From Octopus vulgaris (Eukaryota), in NCBI GenBank assembly GCA_951406725.2, contig OX597836.1, positions 33,852,001-33,916,000 on the forward strand: DNA of 64,000 nucleotides, read 5' to 3'. The notes under the pieces are model-generated. The model made no database searches, had not been told where the DNA came from, and was given only the letters and a program-made list of their open reading frames with translations. Each line of letters starts with the position of its first letter. Position 1 is the stretch's first letter. The position numbers and the translations under genes are program-made. Shown piece after piece: positions 26,955 through 41,028 of the stretch.

Positions 26955-27175
26955 TGGCAGAAACGTTAGCACGCCGGGCGAAGTGCGTAGCCGTATTTCG
27001 TCTGCCGCTACGTTCTGAGTTCAAATTCTGCCGAGTTCGACTTTGCCTTTCATCCTTTCAGGGTTGATAAATTAAGTGCCAGTTACGCACTGGGTCGATG
27101 TGATCGACTTAATCCATTTGTCTGTCCTTGTTTGCCCCTTCTGTGTTTAGCCTCTTGTGGGTAGTAAAGAAATAT
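26955..27175 (+). mobile_element. SINE family C monomer
   Basis: TGGCAGAAACGTTAGCACGCCGGG..GAGTTCAAATTC..TTTGCCTTTCATCCTTTC..AAAGAAATA. Confidence 0.85.
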
Positions 27176-27252
27176 ATAGATATATGTACGTGTATATATA
27201 CACATACGAATACCCACACATGCATGTACACACACTACACACACACTGGGGA

Positions 27253-27639
27253 TGGAAGCACTCCGTCGGTTACGACGACGAGTGTTCCGGTTGATCCGAA
27301 TCAACGGAACAGCCTGCTCGTGAAATTAACGTGTAAGTGGCTGAGCACTCCACAGACACGTGTACCCTTAACGTAGTTCTCGGGGATATTCAGCGTGACA
27401 CAGAGAGTGACAAGGCCAGCCCTTTGAAATACAGGTACAACAGAAACAGGAAGTAAGAGTGAGAGAAAGTTGTGGTGAAAGAGTACAGCAGGGATCACCA
27501 CCATCCCCTGCCGGAGCCTCGTGGAGCTTTTAGGTGTTTTCGCTCAATAAACACTCACAACGCCCGGTCTGGGAATCGAAACTGCGATCCTATGACCGCG
27601 AGTCCGCTGCCCTAACCACTGGGCCATTGCGCCTCCACT
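27253..27639 (-). mobile_element. SINE family A
   Basis: Near-consensus copy. TSD ACACACACTGGGGA at 27239-27252 and 27640-27653. Confidence 0.9.
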
Positions 27640-28271
27640 ACACACACTGGGGACTCTATTGTTGGCTCACCAAAGTGACCTGTATCATTACTTGAGAATG
27701 CCCCGGGCAAGAGGCACAGCAAGAACAACAAAATAAAGAAGCGTTCTGGAAATGATGTCATGTTATGTTTCAAGAGAAAAGCCCCATAAAATGTCGGACA
27801 ACATTTGCCAGATTTTTCGAAAATCGACGAATGAACAAAAATAACAATCTCAGTCCTATTTTGCGCTCTATTGCTTTTGAAATGAAATTCTTAAGAATTA
27901 GCAGATGAGCTCGTGATTGAAGTTGATTAATTTAACCTGTCTAATAATTTTATAATATTCGATCTGGCATAAAGAAATTTTGCTTTCTTAATCCGTGCGA
28001 ACATTAGATCACAATGTGCAGCAAACACGGCACAGCTTAAGGTTATCCAAGGAGATATTAAATGCCCGGATGCGACAATATGTTTCCAGACTTTCAAATC
28101 GTTTGGCGATGTTATATCAACCTTCATTTCTGTTCGTATCACTGTTAAAAATAGCCAACCAAATTGTATCTCTATTTATGTTATGTTATAATGATATAAA
28201 GATCTAGTTTGGCGTAGTTTCGTTTAACGCTACATTTTTCGGAAAGTATTGAAAGTGCTGACGTATTACTT

Positions 28272-28394
<123 letters not shown>

Positions 28395-28418
28395 ATATGT
28401 ATATATATATATATGTAA

Positions 28419-28484
<66 letters not shown>

Positions 28485-28517
28485 GTATATATATGTGTGT
28501 GTATATGTATATGTATG

Positions 28518-28589
<72 letters not shown>

Positions 28590-28694
28590 AGCAGCATGCG
28601 TGCACACACATACACACACTGACACTCACACGCACGCATATTTACATACATACGTACACATACACACGTACATGCACACATGCACATACTCACA

Positions 28695-29125
28695 CGTGAT
28701 CTGATCAATAAGTATCTGGACTGTTGCCATAGTAACAAAACTGAAGCACGCAGAATGAAGCCGTTCGGCACAGATTGACCTTGAATTCTGCTGTGCATGC
28801 GCACTAAGTTTCAAAGTTCTAGCTTACTTCCGCTGTATACAGCATTGCTTGGAAGGAAAGCGTGTAGCGTGTGATCGTCGCATTGACCAGGACAGAGAAA
28901 GTTGAGCAGAGAATCTGCATCAAATTTTGCCAAAAGCTTGGTTGAGACGTGCTCAGAGGCCTATGCAAAGTTTTCAAAGATATTTCATCGTTCTCATCAC
29001 AATCAAGGAAATCTTGGGCAACTGAAGCCGAGTACCTTTTTGGTTAGCTGAAAGCAGTTTTGACACAAACTTGGCAGACACGCGTCTCATACCCAAATCT
29101 TCAGTGATAATAGATTGAACAAACG
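28695..29125. mobile_element. Rearranged mariner remnant: TIR plus N-terminus (+) and an inverted internal piece (-)
   Basis: TIR-like GTGATCTGATCAATAAGTATCTGGACT. Plus strand gives TEKVEQRICIKFCQKLG. Minus strand at about 29025-29120 gives VQSIITEDLGMRRVSAKFVSKLL. Confidence 0.75.
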
Positions 29126-29329
29126 CCAGATGTAAACAAACAATGAGATCGAATATGAAATAAGAGTAATGGACATATATGTCAAATTTCAGAGGTGGAG
29201 GGGGATTGCCCCTTCATCAGCACCCATCTAATCCTTTAATCATCTCCGAGCACGTTGCTTAAATAGCCACTTGTTCTACAGCGATGTAGAACAAGTAATA
29301 ATCTGAAGAAGCTAGGTTCGGACTGTCTT

Positions 29330-29840
29330 CAGTTCTTTGATTTCACGCCAATATCAAATTCTTGTCCTTTTTAAACGAAGAACTTCATCACTGAAGCTTT
29401 CACCTCTTCTTCTCCGATGAAGCGTCACGAGCGCAGGAAGCGAACCACAGACCAGAACAAGAAAAGATCTGAGGAAGCAGGGTCCAGACTGCATGTTGGG
29501 TGTAGCATCAGTTCGATTTCCTTAAGTTCTTGGAGTTTATTCCGGGTCATTCGAGCAGTATGAGGTCTTGTGTTGTGTTGTCCTGCTGCAAAAGAGCTCC
29601 GCTTTCTGTTAATCAACGCCGGGTATTTTTGCCGCACAATGGCATACACCCGCTTCCAGCTGTTCGGAGTACAGGTTGGCATCGATGGTTCGACCATCCG
29701 GAACGAACTCGAAGTGAATTATACACCCCGTCACAATTCGACGCGAACGCAGAGCATCGCCTTGCGTTCGAAACTCCCAATGTTTGGCGATAGGTTCCAG
29801 AACTTGGCCCTTACTCAACCACTGCTTATGCATGTTCGGA
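29330..29840 (-). pseudogene. Mariner (DD34D) transposase catalytic-domain remnant
   Basis: Frameshifted: IIHFEFVPDGRTIDANLYSEQLE / RQKYPALINRKR..QHNTRPHTARMT..LHPTCSLDPASSDLFLF, which are decayed HDNARPH and HPPYSPDLAPSD motifs. Confidence 0.85.
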
Positions 29841-29845
29841 CTGCG

Positions 29846-30052
29846 GGATCTTTTCGCTTTGACCGGCAGATTCTTAAAATAATTTCTTTGTAACTAAACA
29901 TTTTCAAACTTCGTATACTGGTAGAATATGTTTATAAAGCATCTTTTTCTCTTGGCTTTCTTGAGCAAATTCTGTAGTTTGTAAGATATTTGGTCTTTAG
30001 TTTCTTGCATTTCGGCAATTTCAACCAATCAATGACGTCTATTGAGGTGAAA
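29846..30052 (-). mobile_element. Partial Merlin-like MITE (same family as 4333-4777)
   Basis: GGATCTTTTCGCTTTGACCGGCAG terminus and a matching body, cut off at the (ACC)n block. Confidence 0.75.
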
Positions 30053-30054
30053 GC

Positions 30055-31015
30055 GACCACAACCACCACCACCAAAACTACCACCACCACCACCACAACC
30101 ACCACCACCACCACCACCACCACCACCAAAACTACCACCACCACCACCACAACCACCACCACCACCACCAAAGCCACCACCACCACCACCACCCACCAAA
30201 ACCACCACCACCACCAAAACCACCACCACCACCACCACCACCACCACAACCACCACCACCACCACCACCACCACCACCACCACCACCACCACCACCAAAC
30301 CACCACCACCACCACCACCACCACCACCACCACCACCACCACCACCAAAACCACCACCACCACCACCACCAAAACCACCACAACCACCACCACCACCACC
30401 ACCACCACCACCACCACCACCACCACCACCACCACCACCACCACCACCACCACCACCACCACCACCACCACCACCACCACCACCACCACCACCACCACAA
30501 CCACCACCACCACCACCACCACCACCACCACCACCACCACCACCACCACCACCACCAACCACAACACCACAACAACAACCACAACCACCACCACCACCAC
30601 CACCACCACCACCAAAACCACCACCACCACCACCACCAAACCACCACCACCACCACCACCACCAAAACCACCACCACCACCACCACCACCACCACCACCA
30701 CCACCACCACCACCACCACCACCACCACCACCACCACCACCAAAACCACCACCACCACCACAACCACCACCACCACCACCACCACTACCAAAACCACCAA
30801 AACCACAACCACGAAAACCACCACAACCACCACCACCAAAACTACCACCACCACCACCACGAAAACCACCACAACCACCACCACCAAAACTACCACCACC
30901 ACCACCACGAAAACCACCACAACCACCACCACCAAAACTACCACCACCACCACCACAACCACCACCACCACCACCACCACCACCACCACCAAAACCACCA
31001 CCACCACTATTACTA
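30055..31015. repeat. About 950-bp (ACC)n/(GGT)n trinucleotide block
   Basis: Read directly. It explains the poly-T/P/H/G/V/W ORFs. Confidence 0.97.
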
Positions 31016-31368
31016 CTACAGACTATACCATTGGGAGGAAAACTCCTGAAAGACGGGTTGGTTTTCATTAGTGTTACGATGATCCATACGACAATAGCAG
31101 TTCAAAAGAGGAAAGAAAACTTTCATGTGATATCCACAGCAAAATAAATCATTCGAATACACCCCTACCCCCATTCAACCATACCCGTACTCATACTCAC
31201 CCCTACCACACCCGAAAACAACAACAACAAGAGCAACAATCACAGAAAAAAAAGTACTGAATAATTAGAAGAAAAGAAAACGAAAGTTAAAGGAAATTGT
31301 ATAAAAAATAATTAGAAGTTAAAATGGAGATCAGAAGAGAAAGCCTTATATGTGGATATATGTGTGTA

Positions 31369-31444
<76 letters not shown>

Positions 31445-31829
31445 TATGTATGTGTGTGTGTGTATGTATGTGTGTATGTGTGGGTGTGTATGTGTGTGTG
31501 TGTGTGTGTGTGTATGAGTGTATATGTGTATGTATGTGAATGTTTAGATGTATGTCAGTGTGTGTGTATGAGAGTGTGTGTGTGTGTATGCATGTGTATG
31601 TGTGTATGTGCGTATTGTATATGTATGAATGTATGTATGTGAATATTTAGATGTTAGTATGTTTGTGTGTGTGTGTGTTTGTGTGTGAGTGTGCGTGTCT
31701 GTATGTGTATATATGAGTGTATGAATGTGAATGTTCAGATATATTTTTGTGTGTGTGTATGAGCGTGTGTATGTGTGTGTATGAGTGTGTATATGTATAT
31801 GCATGTATATGCATGTGTATGTATGTATG

Positions 31830-32360
31830 TCAGGTCACCTTCGAGTGCTACTGGTAACATGTAACCCAGTACAACCTGTTGCATGGTCGGGTCGTCGGCG
31901 ACTAAACCGGCAACCCCACCAAGCTTGCTTGGTGAGGAGGGTGTTTATTGGACACCCTGCGGGATGAAAAACAAAACCCGTCAAAGGGCGGAGGACCTCT
32001 TGAGAGTCAACGTCCATCCAATAAATGTTAGCACTGGTACGTAGAAATTCCGGGGTGGTGTCCGGCGTGCTGAAAGACCACTGGGAGTGAGGCGCCCCTC
32101 AGCTTTTGTTAAAGCACGTCTCTAGGAGAAGGTCACTCTGATATAAAACCAGATATGCAGGGAATGGCATTGAACATTTTTTGGGTCTTTGGTTTGTGCT
32201 AGGGATCACGGCGCTCCCACATCCCTGAGCCTGCGACTCATATTGGCACCAGACATCTTGCTCCGGCTTGTCTCTGGATAATATCAATAGAGTGGAGAGG
32301 GTCTATGAGGTGTTGTGCAAGCCTTATTGGACCTAAAACTCTGCACAGGCATTGCCGACC

Positions 32361-32362
<2 letters not shown>
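31830..32362 (+). mobile_element. GC-richer island, probable RTE-type LINE 5' UTR fragment
   Basis: Motifs GGCGACTAAACCGGCAACCCCACC, AAAACAAAACCCGTCAAAGGGCGGAGG and GGAGAAGGTCACTCTGATAT resemble RTE 5' leaders. No ORF support. Confidence 0.4.
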
Positions 32363-32405
<43 letters not shown>

Positions 32406-33060
32406 TATGTATCTATCTTATGTGTGTATTGCATATGTATGTGTGTATGTGTGTGTATGAGTGTATGTATGTGAATGTTTAAAGGTATGTCTGTGTGTGT
32501 GTATGAGTTTGTGTATGTGTGCATGTGTGTGTATGAGTGTGTGTATGTGTGCATGTATGTGTATGAGTGTATGTATGTAAATGTTCAGATGTCAGTATGT
32601 TTGTTTGTGTGCATGCATGAGTGTGCGTATGTATATGCATGTGTATGTGTGTATGTTTGTGTGAGTGTATGAGTGTGTGTATGTGTATATGTGTGTATTG
32701 TATATGTATGTGGGTAGGTGCGTGTATATGTCTGTATATGTACGTTATGTGTGTATGCATATAGGTGTGTGAGCATGTGTGTGTACATGATTATGTATGT
32801 GTGTGGACATGTGTGTGTGTGCGTGTTTATGAGTGTGTGTATGGGTACATATGTATTATTTGTGCATGTGCGTGAGTGTATACGTGTCTGGGTGAGCATG
32901 CGCATATGTACGTGTGTATGTGCATATATATGTGTATACGCGTATGTTCATATGTGCGTATGCGTACGAGTGTGTTTGTGTGTGTACTTGCATGTGTGTG
33001 TATGACAATATGTATGGGACTGTACCCGTATATATGCGCATGTGTAAGTATATATATATA

Positions 33061-33091
<31 letters not shown>

Positions 33092-33280
33092 ATGTTGCAT
33101 TTTCCTCCTGCTTGTTTTATTAGTCATTTGACTGCGGCCATGCTGGAGCACCTCCTTTAGTCGAATAAAAGGACCCCAGGACTTATTCTTTGTAAGCCTA
33201 GTATTTAATCTCTTTTGCCGAACCACTAAGTTATGGGGGACGTAAAAAACCGACTTCGGTTGTCAAGTGATGGACAATAC

Positions 33281-33311
<31 letters not shown>

Positions 33312-33317
33312 CATACA

Positions 33318-33351
<34 letters not shown>

Positions 33352-33469
33352 CATACATACATACATACATACATACATACATACATACATACATACACCA
33401 TACATACATATATATATAGAGAGAGAACAAAGTGTACGTACGTCGCAATATATATATATATATATATAT

Positions 33470-33720
33470 GTAAATGTAAAAACATACAAACTGGAACAAG
33501 AATGTGAAACATTTAGAAGACGATACAAAAAACACGGACGGGACATTCGAAGCCTTCAATCTTCAGTCAAGAACCGAATCATCTTCGCAATTTCGGCTGA
33601 TTAATCTTGAGATTGCTCCGATCTGGCCATATATATATATAAAATACAAAATGGGACAAGAACGCAAAACATCCGGACAACTAGGTGATACAAAAAGGGA
33701 CAACAAAACATCCAGATAGA
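33470..33720 (-). repeat. Dispersed short repeat, Penelope-terminal-like (second copy about 40790-40960, +)
   Basis: Both copies share CTCAAGATTAATCAGCCGAAATT..GATGATYCGGTTCTTGACTGAAGA..TTCGAATGTCC and are flanked by (TA)n. Confidence 0.6.
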
Positions 33721-33759
<39 letters not shown>

Positions 33760-34192
33760 TACACACACATACACAAACACACACACACATATATATATAT
33801 ATACATATATATACATACATACACACATACACACACACACACAAACACGCACATATATATACACACACACATACATACACACACATACACACACACACAA
33901 GTACATACACACACACGCACACACACACACACACACGCACACACACACACTCACACACACATATATATATATACGTGCCCGGAACCATGTGGTTGGGAGG
34001 AAAGCTTCTCACCACACACACCCCTGCGCCTTGTATGTTTACATTTGCGTATGTATGTATGTATGTATGTATGTATGTATGCATGTATGTATGTATGTAT
34101 GTATGTATGCATGTATGTATGTATGTATGTATGTATGTATGTATGTATGTATGTATGTATGTATGTACATGTGTGCGTACGTGTATGTATGC

Positions 34193-34254
<62 letters not shown>

Positions 34255-34757
34255 GTGTTTTTGAAATAAAATGTTGAAACAGAAATACAAATAACAACAA
34301 AACATGGCCGACGACTGTTTCGTGTTCCTTTCGTTTAATTGTGAAATTTATGGCTGTAGCCAAACCAGTATTTTAATGTTTTAATGTTCGTTACCCCCAT
34401 CGGGTCAGTCATATTGCAAGCCACACCCTTCGCATATAAGCACATATACAATTACACAATCCACACACGTACACATAAACATACACACACACACACACGC
34501 ACTCGCAGGCGTAAACATATATATGTGTATGTTTGTGTGTGTGTGTGTGTGCGCATATGTTTGTACGTATGTATGTTTGTGTTTGTGTCTGTGTGCTCAC
34601 ATGCATATTCAGATATCTCTAAGATATGTGTGTGTTTTCGCAAATATATATGTATGCATTTATGTGTGTATGTGTGTGTCTGTACGTACATGCATACATA
34701 CATACATGCATACATACATACATGCATACATACATACATACATACATGCATACATAC

Positions 34758-34791
<34 letters not shown>

Positions 34792-34947
34792 ATACATATA
34801 TATACTGTATATATACATATATATACATATACATATATATATATATACATACACACACATAAGTATATACATGCATAAAAATTTATACACACCTAAGTCT
34901 CCATTAACATATGTATATGTATGTTACCCTCTCTGCTCCCCTCTTTT

Positions 34948-35058
<111 letters not shown>

Positions 35059-35338
35059 GTGATGATCTCTTTCGATGCTACTCGTAGGTTCTTGTTACGT
35101 ATGATCCACGTGTGTTTACATATTCAATTCTATATACAAGCACATATCCTGATTAGCGAAATCTATATGTTCCTTTTTTTGTTTTTTATCGCTATCATAA
35201 ACTTTGTTGTCAGAAGTAAAAGCAGTTATTTTTTTAAATGTAGTTATGTTCGTTTAACTTTTGAAATATAAACCTATTTAAAGTACGAGTAGATTAACAA
35301 TGCCCCTATATTTATGGCATATACATACATACATACAT

Positions 35339-35369
<31 letters not shown>

Positions 35370-35381
35370 AATACATATTTT

Positions 35382-35464
<83 letters not shown>

Positions 35465-35589
35465 AAATGTTAAAATAGTGAAGACAGAGAACGTCTTACA
35501 ATGTAAAAGGGAAATAGCTTAATAACATTTATATTTCAAACATAAAGATTCATTGTCAGTAAAAAGAATAAAAATGTTAGTCTATATTA

Positions 35590-35654
<65 letters not shown>

Positions 35655-35861
35655 AGAGTTTACGGAAAAAAAAACAACAAAAGACGAAGACGGGTGGTGT
35701 ACAAAACAGATGTATTAGTATAACGCTCAGGAATAGAAAAAGTCTTTTACGTTTCGAGCCTACGCTCTTCTACAGAAAGGGACACAGAAAAAACAAGCTG
35801 AGAAACAAGGAGAGAAAAAAATGTGTGTAAGTGGGTAACGATCTATCATGGCGTCTGACTC

Positions 35862-35926
<65 letters not shown>

Positions 35927-36339
35927 GTATATCTGTAATTAATTGATGAAATCCCTTCAACAAAATTCTACGTCTTTAAATAACAAACTCACATACGCTT
36001 TCTTTAGTGTATACAAGTTAAAGCTACAAAACAGAATTATAGGACTAATTTTATACAAAACTTGCTAAAGCTTAACTGCTTTGCCTTGTTTTGAAGTCTT
36101 ATAACAATTCAGCCCTACTATTACAAAGCTTTCAAACCTTATACTGCGTTCTAAATTTTGAGCATTTTTTAAAACCCCTTCTAAAAGGGTAATCATTATT
36201 AATATTATTATTATTATCATGCTTTAAGGAGGAATATATCGACGTTATGCATGCTTATTATAATACAACACTAAACCCAGAAACATCAATCACACAAAAA
36301 GAGATCTACAATATCTGGAGACGCAAAAATCCGCATAGC

Positions 36340-38100
36340 AGGCTGTCGTCACCAGTTAAGCTGCTCGGGGTCTGGTTTGGTTCCGACTTCCAGGCTGATA
36401 AGAACTGGGAAGAGGTGGCGAACAGGGTGACCAGACTTACCCAGAAATGGGCTGAGAGAAAACTGACCGTGAAAGATTGGGCAAAGGTAGCGAATGCTTA
36501 CATAGCCTCCGTTATTATTTATCGCCTAACCGTCGTGCCTTGTCCCGGTTACTGCTTGACCAGGCTGGAGCGTCTCATCTAAATTCTTGTGGAAGGGATG
36601 CGTTCCAATGGTCAGACGGTCAGTCTGTTACCAGCATCCTCTGAGTGGCGGATTAGGTATGCCGTGGCTCCAAATGCGCAGACACGCGCTTAAGTTACGC
36701 TCTTAAGAGTGGATGGTATTTCTCTAAGCGTAGAACTAGGAGTCGGAGAGAAAGAATTGGAGAGAGAGAGCACTTGCTCTCGGGGTTTCAGGGAAATCTC
36801 GGACAGTGGGGTTCCTCGATTATCCCGAGAGGCCTTCCTGTATCAGGAGGACCACATCTCTATTATCTCCCTCAACCCCTTTTCTAAACCTTTGTATGCT
36901 ATGTATATGTTCCTTCTTTTTCAGTCTATACCGTATATACTTTCTTCTTTCTTTAAGTTACGATTTCTGGACAGTGAGCGTTGTGTGGGCTCCGTTTGTG
37001 AGGCTCGTCTTTCTGCAGCTTGTGTCCTTGACGGAGTTGCAATCCTGGCTGAAGAAAAGACCTAGACTGGACGCTTGGCACCTAGAATGTCATCAGGTGC
37101 TCACAGCCCTCTACCAGTTGGGAAATGGGATCAGTAGATGTTGTGCTTGAGAAATTTATAGGGGATTAGTGGTGGGGAAGTGCAATGACATTCTTGGGGA
37201 GACTCTGGGCGTCGACGAGAACGAACTGGTTAGGCTCTCCTGGAGAACTTTCCAGATATGAACTATCATGGTTAATATCCAGATGTCCTTGGCTTCTTAG
37301 TGTTACCGGCGGGCGCTACCAGTTCGAGATAAACTCTACAGGCACGGATGTGCTGTAAGATGGGCTTGCTCGAGGTGCGCCCAGAGTGACGAAACCGTTC
37401 TGCACGCCCTCGTTCAGTGTCCAGGTATTGCTGACTTGTGAGGTTATGTCGAACAGCTACTGTCACGTGTGGGATGGATCTGTCTGTCGGCTGAGTCTGT
37501 AGTGATGATCGCACCACCACCCTCCTTCAATTGGGCAGGCAAGGCAGTTTCGTTTTGCATGGTGGCTGTAGCGAAAGAGGTTGTTTGGTGGGCAGGGCTG
37601 AAAAGCATGAGGACAGATACATTCCTCTTTGGTAGGGTTCTCACTGATTTCTTCAAGTTTCGCTTGAAAAGGAAATTGAGGGTGGAGAGAGGGAAGTGCT
37701 GTGCTCGAGTGAGTTTCTTGAAAGACGGGTGAAAGTTGCGAAAATGGCAAGGGTGGATGGTACTTCTCTAAGCGTAGAACTAAGAGTCGGAGAGAAAGAA
37801 TTGGAGAGAGAGCACTTGCTCTCGGGGTTTCAGGGAAATCTCGGACAGTGGGGTTCTTCGATTATCCCAAGAGGCCTTCCTGTATCAAGAGGAACACATC
37901 TCTATCATCCTCCTCGACCCCTTTTCTAAACCTTTGTATGCTATGCATATGTCCCTTCTTTTTCAGTCTATACCGTATATACATTTTTCTTTCTTTCACT
38001 TTTTTTTATCATTTCATTATATGTAACCCCATCACACACTATATGCTTGTCTTTGTATTGCACCCCCTCATTCTTCACCCTTGTGGCAAATAAATGAGAT
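36340..38100 (+). mobile_element. L1/Tx1-clade LINE 3' portion (ORF2 C-terminus plus 3' UTR), decayed
   Basis: PVKLLGVWFG..NWEEVANRV..QKWAERKLT..IIYRLTVVPCP / FLWKG..HPLSGGLGMP, then the CCHC-like CSRCAQSDETVLHALVQCP. AATAAA plus (ATC)n/(ATT)n end at about 38090-38170. Confidence 0.85.
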
Positions 38101-38120
38101 CATCATCATCATCATCATCA

Positions 38121-38173
<53 letters not shown>

Positions 38174-38378
38174 GTTTTTCCACGAGTAACCATTCGAAGC
38201 GCCTGCCCCCTATTGGGAGTTTTAATTGCTACTTATATTTCGTTGTTATCCTGCTTTTGTACACAGACTTTTTTCAAACGGACAAAACCCTTTATAGCTT
38301 TCATCCTGTGTTTTGTCCCTTTATGTTTTAATTGATTTTTGTTAGCCCTTGTGGCCAATAAACGAACGAATTATTATC

Positions 38379-38422
<44 letters not shown>

Positions 38423-38460
38423 CATTATTATTATTATTATCATTGTTATTATTATTGTTG

Positions 38461-38529
<69 letters not shown>

Positions 38530-38532
<3 letters not shown>

Positions 38533-38660
38533 GTTTGACTTTTGCTTTACATTTGTACAAGTTGGCTCCAAGTCTCACCCGGAGACCTCAAGAGCCAACA
38601 GGTTGGAAGTTCACGTTGTTGTTATGCCTAGTGTGCCATATATTTGGTTGTTTTTTGTGT
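38530..38660 (-). mobile_element. Probable Dong/R4-type LINE 3' end embedded in (TAA)n (similar piece about 44115-44200)
   Basis: Minus strand CTTGAGGTCTCCGGGTGAGACTTGG...AAAGTCAAACAT(AAT)n, sitting in a TAA microsatellite as this clade does. No ORF seen. Confidence 0.4.
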
Positions 38661-38677
38661 TGTATTATTTTTTGTTG

Positions 38678-38757
<80 letters not shown>

Positions 38758-39346
38758 TCAAGCCTTTGTGCTTATAGTAGAAAGGGTGCTTGAATTACTT
38801 CGTTAAGGCTTTAAGGTAACGGATCTGCTGTTAACTCTTTCACTTCAAATTTCATTGTTATTCCAGTAACGATGTCAAATAGTTACCGAAAAAGTAGAAC
38901 TGTTATTTTTTTTCTGCAAGTTTTGTTGCCTCAATAAACTCGACATGTTCCAACTGCGAATAGTTTCAAGCATGACATTCTGCAACAAAAGATAAGATTG
39001 GTATACAAATCTGCTTTCCACATTTAAAGGCAACGAAATTTCGACATGGATATATCTGTTTACCAGAGTAAAGGGTTAAAACTTCTTGTGGAGGTGTCGC
39101 TTCTTCGATATCCGATTAAAGCAGTTGCAATTCTTATTTACCCCATTAATTTTTCAAACGTTATCAGCATGCATGTGAATTCAGAATATATCACTTTTAC
39201 CAACTTCATGAAATTCTTTCACCATTTGTACATCATGTCTAAATATAATCAATAATGTTACGTCATTTAACTTATTGTCTTTCTTTACATTTGGACAACA
39301 TCCTTCCCACAACAAATCCTAATGAAACAGATGTATTTAAATTCTT

Positions 39347-39760
39347 GGCTCTTTTCGGTTTGAACGGCAGATTTTAAAAATAATTTCCACGTAACTAAAC
39401 ACTTTTAAACTTCGTATACTGGTAGAATGTGTTTATAAAACATCTTTTTCTCTTGGCTTTATTGAGAAAATTCTATAGTTTGTAAGATATTTGTTGTTTT
39501 TTTCTTCAATTTCTGCAATTTCAACCAATCAAAGACGTCTATTGAGGTGAAAACATTGTGTCGTATGAATATGTCCCTTGTTTAAGAAACAGATTGGGTT
39601 TATTTACATTTGTGAAGAAAAAAAGATACCCTCACCCCCACCCCTAACCCTAACCCTAAAACAGATTGAAATGCAATAGATCGATACTAGGGTCATAATT
39701 ATGGGTGAAAATTTCATATGACACCGCTAGAAAAAACTGCCGTTCAAATCGAAAAGATCC
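39347..39760 (-). mobile_element. Merlin-like MITE with telomeric hexamers, inverted copy
   Basis: GG..CC termini and the same TIRs as 4333-4777. 8-bp TSD AAATTCTT at 39339-39346 and 39761-39768. Confidence 0.85.
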
Positions 39761-39857
39761 AAATTCTTCCCATCCATCGCGAGCTCTTTTTTTATTGATT
39801 GCACAATATTGTCTTTCGTTTTTTAATTTGGTTTGAAAGATTCTTTGAAGATTCTTC

Positions 39858-40680
39858 CAGGCGCAGGAGTGGCCGTGTGGCAAGTAACTTGCTTAACTCG
39901 CTTACGCATGCGTGAGTTTGTCAGTCCCTTACGAGAGTGAACACTGTCAAGACGTGCTTGGAAGCCATCTTGAATTAAAGAACCGTAACTGTAAAAACGG
40001 AAGTACGAGGTTCAATACCTCGGTTTGTTTTTTTGTAGTAAAAATAATAATGTTTCAATTTGTAAATGGACTATTAAGACCAATAATTGTAAAATGGAAA
40101 TAAGAGGTTCAATACCTCGGTTTGTGTAAAAAATAATGTTTTAAAGAAGCAAAAAATTGGCGGGCGTTTTTTGTCTTCTTCCATTAATATCCTTTTATTT
40201 CATCATTTATCTCATCAATGTTTCTGTCCAGCCCGCAAGCTACTCTGTATCATGCCTTTATGGCAAATTTTTTTTAAATAAAGTAGCTTGCTTACCAACC
40301 ACATAGTTCCGGGTTCAGTCCCACTGCGTGGCACCTTGGGCAAGTGTCTTCTTCTATAGCCTCGGGTCGACCAAAGCCTTGTGAGTTGATTTGGTAGACG
40401 GAAACTGAAAGAAGCTCGTCGTATATATGTAAATGTATATATATGTGTGTGTGTGTGTTTGTGCGTCTGTGTTTGCACACCCCCCAACATAGCTTGACAA
40501 CCGATGCTGGTGTGTTTAAGTCCCTGTAACTTAGCGGTTCGGCAAAAGCATCCGATAGAATAAGTACTAGGCTTACAAAGAATAAGTCCCGAGGTCGATT
40601 TGCTCGACTAAAAGGTGGTGCTCCAGCATGGCCGCAGTCACATGACTGAAATAAGTAAAAGAGTAAAAGAGTAAAAGAGT
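39858..40680 (+). mobile_element. SINE family B split by a 385-bp insertion (39896-40280)
   Basis: Head at 39858-39895 and the body resumes at 40281. AAGTARCTTGCTTA is duplicated at both junctions. Confidence 0.85.
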
Positions 40681-40959
40681 ATATATATATATATATATAT
40701 ATATATGCTGTCCTGGTGTTCGTATGCATTCGATCCTTCTTCCAGGAAATCTACGCTTCCAGCTTAGTTTTTCTAATGCTCGTTGCTTTGGTTTTTCTTG
40801 GAGGGCTGGCCGTGATCTAGTAATCTCAAGATTAATCAGCCGAAATTACTACGATGATCCGGTTCTTGACTGAAGACTGAGGGTTTCGAATGTCCTGTCC
40901 GTGTTTATTGTGTCGTCTTCTAAGAGTTATACGTTCTTGTCCATGTTGTATTTTTCTAC

Positions 40960-41028
<69 letters not shown>

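Noticed and set aside
29932-31147. Gly-rich or Pro/Thr-rich structural protein ORFs
   Set aside because: Pure (ACC)n with phase slips and no third-position variation.
31835-31910. HDV-like ribozyme in the putative RTE 5' leader
   Set aside because: A P4/CTAA-like piece is present, but P1, P3 and L3 could not be paired convincingly by eye. A descriptor search would be needed.
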